From contig CAVXAL010000003.1 in NCBI GenBank assembly GCA_963759765.1, positions 1,011,080 through 1,075,079 of the forward strand: DNA of 64,000 nucleotides, given 5' to 3'. The notes below the pieces were generated by a model that was not told where the DNA came from, made no database searches, and saw only the letters and a program-made list of their open reading frames with translations. Origin of the DNA: Candidatus Aminicenantes bacterium. Lineage in GTDB: Bacteria; Acidobacteriota; Aminicenantia; UBA2199. The number at the start of each line of letters is the position of its first letter. Positions within the stretch are counted from its first letter, which is position 1. Of the stretch, positions 57,677 through 64,000 are shown piece after piece. Both the position numbers and the translations under genes were made by a program.

Positions 57677-58449
57677 AAAAGAAAATTTTTTGGGTGCTTC
57701 TGCTTGTGTCGTGTCTCTTGGCACCCGCCTTCGCCCAAGAAAAGGCAAATGCCGCTGAGCAGAAACCCGTTGCCAAAACCGAAGAACAGAGAGCTATAAC
57801 GAAAACGTATGAGTTGAAGTTCATCAACCCCGAGGAGGCCAAAGAGATTCTGCGTCCCTATTTTTGGCAGTATTCTCTTTCACCAAGCTTAAAGCTGCTG
57901 ACGGTAACGATTCCCAAGGAGAACATTGCCGCCTTCGAAGAATTGCTTCGTAAAATCGATATTGAAAAAAGAAACATCCAATTTCGCATCTTCACCATCA
58001 TCGCCACCAACAAGGGCAACGAACAGACCATTGAAAACAAGGATTTAAAAATGGTGCTGGATGAACTCAAAAAGGTTCTCAGTTTTAAGAATTATTACCT
58101 GGACGGCACTTCGGCCATCAACATCAAGGACGGCAGCAGAAATGCCACTCTGACACTATCGGCAAATGCCTCCCAGCTGCGCATGGAATTCTTTACTATT
58201 CTTGTTGAAACGAACGCCAGGAACGAACGGATGTTCCGCTTCGGTTTCGAAATCCGGGAATTGGATCCTGTAACTCCTTGGGCGACTGTTCAACAAAATG
58301 GAACCGTCACATCGCAGCAGGTATGGAGGACATTGATTGAAACATCATCGACCTCCATCAAGGAGAAAGGCTATCTGGTGGCCGGGGTTTCCAAGATCGG
58401 CAAGGACGGCGATTCGCTGGTGCTGGTGATCAACGCCGAAATAAAGTAA
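57673..58449 (+). CDS. Secreted protein with a secretin-N (NolW-like) domain and short beta-rich C-terminus
   Basis: Signal peptide, TKTYELKFINPEEAKEIL..LLTVTIPKENIAAFEELLRKID, C-terminal SLVLVINAEIK. Confidence 0.55.
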   Translation: MKKKIFWVLLLVSCLLAPAFAQEKANAAEQKPVAKTEEQRAITKTYELKFINPEEAKEILRPYFWQYSLSPSLKLLTVTIPKENIAAFEELLRKIDIEKRNIQFRIFTIIATNKGNEQTIENKDLKMVLDELKKVLSFKNYYLDGTSAINIKDGSRNATLTLSANASQLRMEFFTILVETNARNERMFRFGFEIRELDPVTPWATVQQNGTVTSQQVWRTLIETSSTSIKEKGYLVAGVSKIGKDGDSLVLVINAEIK

Positions 58450-58469
58450 AAAAAAGAGAATTCTTGAAC

Positions 58470-58502
58470 AAAAGGGACGTCTTCATGGCGTCCCTTTTTT
58501 AT
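58470..58502 (+). terminator. Intrinsic terminator after the ECF operon (possibly bidirectional)
   Basis: AAAAGGGACG-tcttcatgg-CGTCCCTTTTTT. Confidence 0.85.
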
Positions 58503-58561
58503 TCTCAAAAAAAATTAGAGCGCCCCTATCATATTATCACCGGCCCTATATCAAGAAGATA

Positions 58562-58591
58562 TTGACATCCGTTCAGACCGGGTTTTATACT
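58562..58591 (+). promoter_or_regulatory. Sigma70 promoter of the SSS-S9 operon
   Basis: TTGACA (58562-58567), 18 nt, TATACT (58586-58591). Confidence 0.7.
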
Positions 58592-58624
58592 CATGCTCTG
58601 TCGCAAGACGCAAGGAAATGAATC

Positions 58625-60442
58625 ATGCATCTTCATCTCATTGACTGGCTCATCGTGGGTGGCACCCTGCTGATCTGCTTTGTTCCGGCCCTGTTTTTCG
58701 GCAGGCGGTCGGGGAAAAATACCACGGAATTCTTCGTCTCCGGCCGGGCGGTGCCCTGGTGGATGGCTGGCCTCTCCATGGTGGCCACGACCTTCAGCAG
58801 CGACACGCCCAACCTGGTCACCGACATCGTCCGCCGCAACGGCGTGGCGGGCAACTGGGTCTGGTGGGCCTTCACCCTGACCGGCGTAGCCACGGTGTTC
58901 TTTTATGCACGCTTGTGGCGGCGCTCCGAGGTGATGACCGACCTGGAATTCTACGAGCTCCGATACTCGGGCAAGGCGGCCAGCGTGGTCCGTGGGTTCC
59001 GCTCGGTCTACCTGGGGCTCTTTTTCAACTGCATGATCATGGCCTCGGTGAACCTGGCCGCCTGCAAAATCGCCGGCTTGCTGTTCGGCCTGCCGCGCTG
59101 GGAAACGCTGCTGATCATCGGCCTGCTCAACGTGGTGTTCGCCGCCTTTTCCGGGTTGTGGGGCGTGCTGGTCATCGACATGGTCCAGTTTTTCATCAAG
59201 ATGACGGCCGTGATCGCCGCCGCCTATTTCGCCGTCAAGCACATCGGCGGCCTGCACGTGCTGGTCTCCACGCTGGCGGCCAAGACGGGCCCCCAGGGGC
59301 TGCGCTATCTGAACATCCTGCCTGACTTCAAAAACAACTGGGACATGGCGCTGGCGGTCTTCATCATGCCGATCGCGGTCCAGTGGTGGGCGGTCTGGTA
59401 TCCGGGCGCCGAACCGGGCGGAGGCAGCTACATCGCCCAGCGCATGCTGGCCTCCAAGTCCGAGAAGGACTCCCTCGGCTCAGTCCTCTTTTTCAATATC
59501 ACCCATTATGTGCTGCGGCCCTGGCCCTGGATCCTGGTGGCACTCTGCTCGCTGCTGGTCTACCCGCAGCTCTCCGACATTCAGAAAGCATTCCCCCACC
59601 TCGACCCGCGGTTGCTGGGCCATGACATCGCGTTCCCGGCCATGCTCAAATTCCTGCCCCTGGGCTTCATCGGCCTGATGGTGGGCGGACTGATTGCCGC
59701 CAACTCCTCGACCATCCTGACCCATCTCAACTGGGGGGCTTCCTACCTGGTGCACGATTTTTACCGGCGTTTTTTCCGCAGGGGCGCGGGCGAAAAACAC
59801 TACGTGCGGGTGGCGCGCCTGACCACGGTCGGCTTGTTTCTCTGCACCGGCGCGCTGGTTTTCGTTCTGGACACGGCCAAGGACACCTTCGACATCATTC
59901 TTCAGATCGGCGCCGGCACGGGGTTGCTCTACCTGGTGCGCTGGTTCTGGTGGAGGGTCAACGCCTGGTGCGAAGTCAATGCCATGATCAGTTCGTTCGC
60001 ATTCTCCCTGCTGCTGCTGATCCTGCGCAAGAGCGGCACGGTCATTCGCACCCACTACGCGCTGCTCATGACCATCGCGGTCACCACAGTCTGCTGGCTG
60101 CTGACCGCGTTTTTTGGACCGACCACCGACCGCCAGACGCTCATCAACTTCTATAAAAAGGTCCGCCCCTTTGGCCCCGGTTGGGCACGCATCCGCAGGG
60201 AAGCGGGCATCTCCGAGGCAGAGGCACGGTCCGGGGGCGAGAACATGCCGCTGGCGCTCATCGGCTGGGTCGCGGGCTGCACCGTTATCTGGTCGGCCCT
60301 GTTCACGGTCGGCAATTTCCTGTACGGCCGCCTGAATTACGCCCTGATGCTTTTCGGGGTGTTCGCGGTCAGCGGCATGGTCTTGATCCGCGTCATCAAC
60401 AGGATCTGGTCAGGCAAACGAGCGGACGCGCAGCCACTGTGA
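58625..60442 (+). CDS. Sodium:solute symporter family transporter
   Basis: EFFVSGRAVPWWMAGLSMVATTFSSDTP, YIAQRMLASKSEKD, AANSSTI; about 14 TM segments. Confidence 0.92.
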   Translation: MHLHLIDWLIVGGTLLICFVPALFFGRRSGKNTTEFFVSGRAVPWWMAGLSMVATTFSSDTPNLVTDIVRRNGVAGNWVWWAFTLTGVATVFFYARLWRRSEVMTDLEFYELRYSGKAASVVRGFRSVYLGLFFNCMIMASVNLAACKIAGLLFGLPRWETLLIIGLLNVVFAAFSGLWGVLVIDMVQFFIKMTAVIAAAYFAVKHIGGLHVLVSTLAAKTGPQGLRYLNILPDFKNNWDMALAVFIMPIAVQWWAVWYPGAEPGGGSYIAQRMLASKSEKDSLGSVLFFNITHYVLRPWPWILVALCSLLVYPQLSDIQKAFPHLDPRLLGHDIAFPAMLKFLPLGFIGLMVGGLIAANSSTILTHLNWGASYLVHDFYRRFFRRGAGEKHYVRVARLTTVGLFLCTGALVFVLDTAKDTFDIILQIGAGTGLLYLVRWFWWRVNAWCEVNAMISSFAFSLLLLILRKSGTVIRTHYALLMTIAVTTVCWLLTAFFGPTTDRQTLINFYKKVRPFGPGWARIRREAGISEAEARSGGENMPLALIGWVAGCTVIWSALFTVGNFLYGRLNYALMLFGVFAVSGMVLIRVINRIWSGKRADAQPL

Positions 60443-60453
60443 AGGAGGTCCCG

Positions 60454-62445
60454 ATGCGCACCCTGCCAAGCGAAAAAATTAAAACAACATCTGCTTTTGT
60501 AATCGTGATAGTCGGCTGGTTGTTTTTCATTTCTCCGCAAAAAGAGCGGGCCGGCATTGAGAAGGACCAAAATCAAAAATATCTCTTGACTCCCGAACAA
60601 GTTCTGAATAGACGCCAGTTAACCGATTTGCAGCTTTCTCCGGATCAAAGCAGGCTGGCCTTTGTTCTTGCCGAACCGATCAGGGGTGCCGAACAGAAGA
60701 GAAACATCTGGATCTATGATTTGCAAACCCAGAAAATGCAGCAGTTTACCTATTCCGAACGACCCGAATCGCATCCGCGCTGGTCTCCGGACGGGAAAAA
60801 TTTGGCTTTCCTTTCCGGCCGCGGCGGAACGACCCAGATCCACCTCATCGCGGTTGATGGGGGAGAGGCCAGGGCCCTGACCGAAAGCAAGAGCGGAGTT
60901 CAAGTATTTGCCTGGTCGCCGGACGGAAAAATGATCGCCTTCCTGGCATCTTCTCCAGCCACGGAAGCGGAGGAAAAAAAGGAAAAAGAAAAGGACGATG
61001 CGCGGGTGGTGGACCGTGACGAGAAAAATCCGCCGCTTTGGCTTATTGATCTGGAATCCAAAAAAGTGAGCCAGCTGACCGACCCGCGGTGGCGGATCGG
61101 GGAATTTATCTGGGCGCCCCAGGGGGAGCGTCTGCTCCTGTCGGCCAGCGACCAGGTCCAGCCCGAATTGTTCAGCGACCGCATCTATTCGTTGAGAGTC
61201 AGGGACGGGAAAATGGAGGAAATCGCCAGTCCTGCGGGCCCTTTCAGCGACTTGCGGATTTCCCCGGATGGGAAAACCCTGGCCTATATTGGCTGCCGGA
61301 ACGACGGGCCCGAATCCCACGACCTTTTCCTTATGCCCAGCACCGGAGGAATCCCCAGGAATCTCAGCGCCGCCAGCCTGGACCGGCCGGTCAGTTCCAT
61401 TGCCTGGAGAAAGGATGGAACCATCTTGGTTCATGTGTCGTCGGGATTCACCCGCACCTTCATGGTTTTTTACCTGGACGGCAAAGTGCGGAAACTCGAC
61501 GGCCTGCCCGTATCGCCGACAGGTTCTAATGCGGCGGACCGGGATCTCCTTGCTTTTGTGGCTGAATCCGCCGTTCAATTGCCCGAACTCTGGCTGAAAA
61601 CCCGCGGCGGTGAGGCCAGCAGAATCTCCTCATTCAACACGAATTGGGAAAGCGTCCCGCTCATCAGGCCCGAAATCCTGCGCTATCCCAGTTTTGACGG
61701 GAAGGAGATCGAAACCGCGCTTTTTCTACCGGCGGGATACAACCCGAAAACCAGGGTGCCGCTGGTGGCGCTGCTTCATGGCGGCCCTGCCGGAGCCTGG
61801 TCAGACACCTTTAATTCCTGGGCCCAGTTGCTGGCTGCGCGCGGTTTTGCCGTTTTCTGTCCGAACATCAGAGGCTCGACCGGATACGGCTACGATTTTA
61901 TGGTCCTGAATCGCCGGGACTGGGGCGGCGGTGATTTCAAGGATGTGCTGGCTGGAGTGGACTTCCTGATTCAAAAGGGCATCGCCGACCCCCAGCGCCT
62001 GGGCATCGGCGGCTGGTCCTACGGCGGTTATATGGCCGCCTGGGCCGTGACCCAGACCCATCGTTTCCAAGCCTCGGTTTCCGGAGCTCCGATGACCGAC
62101 CTCGCTCTGGAATACGGAGCGGAAGCCGCAGGGATCAATAGCTATGACACCTGGTTCATGGGTACGCCCTATGAAAACCTGGATTTTTTCCAGGAACGAT
62201 CGCCCATGACCTTTGTCAAAAACGTGACAACCCCGACCCTGATTTTCTGCGGCGAAAACGACGCCACGGATCCCATTGCCCAATGTTATCAGTTTCACCG
62301 CGGCCTGAAACGCTACAAGGTGGAGTGCGATTTGGTCGTCTATCCCCGCGAAGGCCACGGCCTACGCGAAGAAAAACACCAGATCGATATGCTCAACCGC
62401 ATGCTCAAATGGTTTGAGAAATATCTAAAAAATAGCAAGACCTAA
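60454..62445 (+). CDS. S9 family prolyl oligopeptidase / acylaminoacyl peptidase
   Basis: PD40-like WSPDG repeats, LHGGP, PNIRGSTGYG, GWSYGG (Ser), GENDA (Asp), EGHG (His); SD AAGGAGG. Confidence 0.93.
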   Translation: MRTLPSEKIKTTSAFVIVIVGWLFFISPQKERAGIEKDQNQKYLLTPEQVLNRRQLTDLQLSPDQSRLAFVLAEPIRGAEQKRNIWIYDLQTQKMQQFTYSERPESHPRWSPDGKNLAFLSGRGGTTQIHLIAVDGGEARALTESKSGVQVFAWSPDGKMIAFLASSPATEAEEKKEKEKDDARVVDRDEKNPPLWLIDLESKKVSQLTDPRWRIGEFIWAPQGERLLLSASDQVQPELFSDRIYSLRVRDGKMEEIASPAGPFSDLRISPDGKTLAYIGCRNDGPESHDLFLMPSTGGIPRNLSAASLDRPVSSIAWRKDGTILVHVSSGFTRTFMVFYLDGKVRKLDGLPVSPTGSNAADRDLLAFVAESAVQLPELWLKTRGGEASRISSFNTNWESVPLIRPEILRYPSFDGKEIETALFLPAGYNPKTRVPLVALLHGGPAGAWSDTFNSWAQLLAARGFAVFCPNIRGSTGYGYDFMVLNRRDWGGGDFKDVLAGVDFLIQKGIADPQRLGIGGWSYGGYMAAWAVTQTHRFQASVSGAPMTDLALEYGAEAAGINSYDTWFMGTPYENLDFFQERSPMTFVKNVTTPTLIFCGENDATDPIAQCYQFHRGLKRYKVECDLVVYPREGHGLREEKHQIDMLNRMLKWFEKYLKNSKT

Positions 62446-62507
62446 TCAATCGCTTTAAGAAATCCCCCCGAAGGTGACAACCAGCGGCTGATGAGGTCTC
62501 GTTTGCC

Positions 62508-63989
62508 TTATTGATGAGACGTGGAGTGGACTAAACGGAGAAGCTCGGAGATGGTCATGAAACGATAGCCTTCCGCCCGGAGGGTCGCGATGATGGTCGG
62601 GAGAGCATTGACCGTTTTGCTCTGATCTGCCCCATGCTTCAGCCTCATCCCATCGTGAAGGAGGATGATGTTCCCCGGCCGGGCATTCACAATGACCTTC
62701 TCGGCGATCTGGACGCTGGTGACGTTGTTCCAGTCGATTCCGCTTTCAGACCACTCCACGCACGTCAACCCACGCTTCTCTACGTTTTTGAGGAGCCACG
62801 GGGAGCGGATGCCATACGGCGGACGGAAAAGGGAGCAATGCACACCGGTCGTCTTTTCGATAGTCTCCTCGGCGAGATCGATTTGGCGGTCCTCGTTTCT
62901 GGACCCTTCCAGGGCCAAGAAGAAGGGGTGAGAGTAACTATGGTTGCCGATCTCATGTCCTTCCATCACGATTTCGCGTGCAACGTTGGGATAATACTTT
63001 ACGTTCGCCCCGATTAAGAAGAAGGTGGCGCGCACGCGGCTTTCCCGGAGGATATTCAAGATCTCGCTGGTGTATGGTTCGTTGGGCCCGTCGTCAAAGG
63101 TGAGCGCGATCACCTTGTCATGGGTCGGGACGTGCGAATAGGTCTTGCCAAAGGCTCGGACGGAGGGGCAAGCCGTGAAAAAGATCCCCAAGCTCAACAG
63201 GGCGACGAACAGCCCAATGGCAGAAGGAATTTTCCATTTCCGGCGTGGGAGAGATCGCCTTTTATTTGGATTCGACAAGATGACTCGGATTGCCGGGAAG
63301 TTGAAAAAAACCGAGCGATGCAAGAGTTGCAGACCGAGGAAGTTGATCCCTTGGACCAATGTGCTTGAGATCAACTGGTTATTCCAACGCCGGGCCGACG
63401 TGGAAACCTTGAGGCTCTTGAGCTTTTTAATCTTTCCGATACGGGCCAGCCGCCGGGTGAGGTCTGCGTCTGCTTGCAGGTTGAATTTGCCATCCCAGCC
63501 TCCAATCTTGAGAAATGCATCCTTGCGAACGGCCATCGTCGCCCCCCAGAGATGGGGATAAGGGAAACAAAGGCGTTCATAAAACAGGGCAAAGGGGAGT
63601 ATGCAACGATTGAAAAAGTCGCCTCTCCAGTTGGTGTCGTAGTAATCCACCATGCTGCCCACGGCCACCACCCGGGAGTCGCTCTCAAAGGCCCGGACAA
63701 AGGAAGAAATCCAGTCTTCCGGAACGATGGTGTCCGCGTCTGTAAAAACCAGGATCTCTCCGGTCGCCTCTTCGGACCCCCGGATAAGGGCATAAACATA
63801 GCCTTGATGCGTCTCGCGAACAACCCGGGCACCCCAGTGCTCGGCCACTTCGGCTGTGCCATCGCTGCAATTGTTGTCAACCACGATGATTTCCATTTCA
63901 TCTCGGAAATCCTGTTTTTTGAGTGAGGCCAAGGTGCAACCAATCAGGATTTCTTCATTGTAAGCCGGTATGATCACCGAAACGCGCAT
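62508..63989 (-). CDS. GT2 glycosyltransferase fused to a C-terminal NodB (CE4) polysaccharide deacetylase
   Basis: VSVIIPAYNEE, VDNNCSD, FTDADT (DxD), one TM segment, then TFDDGP, GNHSYSH, RPPYG, LLHDG. Confidence 0.9.
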   Translation of the reverse strand: MRVSVIIPAYNEEILIGCTLASLKKQDFRDEMEIIVVDNNCSDGTAEVAEHWGARVVRETHQGYVYALIRGSEEATGEILVFTDADTIVPEDWISSFVRAFESDSRVVAVGSMVDYYDTNWRGDFFNRCILPFALFYERLCFPYPHLWGATMAVRKDAFLKIGGWDGKFNLQADADLTRRLARIGKIKKLKSLKVSTSARRWNNQLISSTLVQGINFLGLQLLHRSVFFNFPAIRVILSNPNKRRSLPRRKWKIPSAIGLFVALLSLGIFFTACPSVRAFGKTYSHVPTHDKVIALTFDDGPNEPYTSEILNILRESRVRATFFLIGANVKYYPNVAREIVMEGHEIGNHSYSHPFFLALEGSRNEDRQIDLAEETIEKTTGVHCSLFRPPYGIRSPWLLKNVEKRGLTCVEWSESGIDWNNVTSVQIAEKVIVNARPGNIILLHDGMRLKHGADQSKTVNALPTIIATLRAEGYRFMTISELLRLVHSTSHQ

Positions 63990-64000
63990 CTCTTTTAATC

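Noticed and set aside
7238-62490. ACCAGCGGCTG in two convergent intergenic gaps (near 7238 and 62480)
   Set aside because: Only 11 nt and two copies; hundreds of chance 11-mer matches are expected in 64 kb, and the flanks differ.
187-63926. Many long overlapping ORFs in the track (e.g. 929..1969-, 8539..10185+, 17062..18777-, 39203..41266+, 52927..54426+)
   Set aside because: They are antisense or off-frame shadows of well-supported genes, expected in high-GC DNA; no recognisable motifs or own start signals.

Overview
This 64-kb bacterial window is GC-rich housekeeping and catabolic DNA with about 45 genes, one tRNA-Lys(CTT) and several AT-rich patches. The gene repertoire suggests an Aminicenantes/Acidobacteriota-like heterotroph (inference only). 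It carries peptide and glycoprotein scavenging enzymes (M3, C1A, C69, S9, glycosylasparaginase, GH35), transporters (CDF, POT, PiT, SSS, EmrAB-TolC, YtrA-type ABC), DNA repair genes (EndoQ-UvrD fusion, dinB, uvrB), core genes (thrC-like, tlyA, nadK, ispD, fumC) and a large SBBP/repeat surface protein. At least 11 genes, including nadK and ispD, are broken by small indels, mostly single-base and often in short homopolymer runs, most likely from consensus-sequence errors. No integrase, transposase or CRISPR array was seen. The main signals outside the ORF track are: (1) a very compact 61-nt NiCo (czcD-type) riboswitch that starts at the predicted TSS of the CDF metal exporter, followed by a CxxC uORF that spans a terminator-like hairpin and overlaps the CDF start; (2) five genes whose start codon lies exactly 6 nt after a -10 box (probably leaderless); (3) a 20-codon csaA relic in a 3.4-kb block between tlyA and nadK; (4) a stand-alone multi-ACT-like protein and an ECF/anti-sigma/mini-secretin-like triad.
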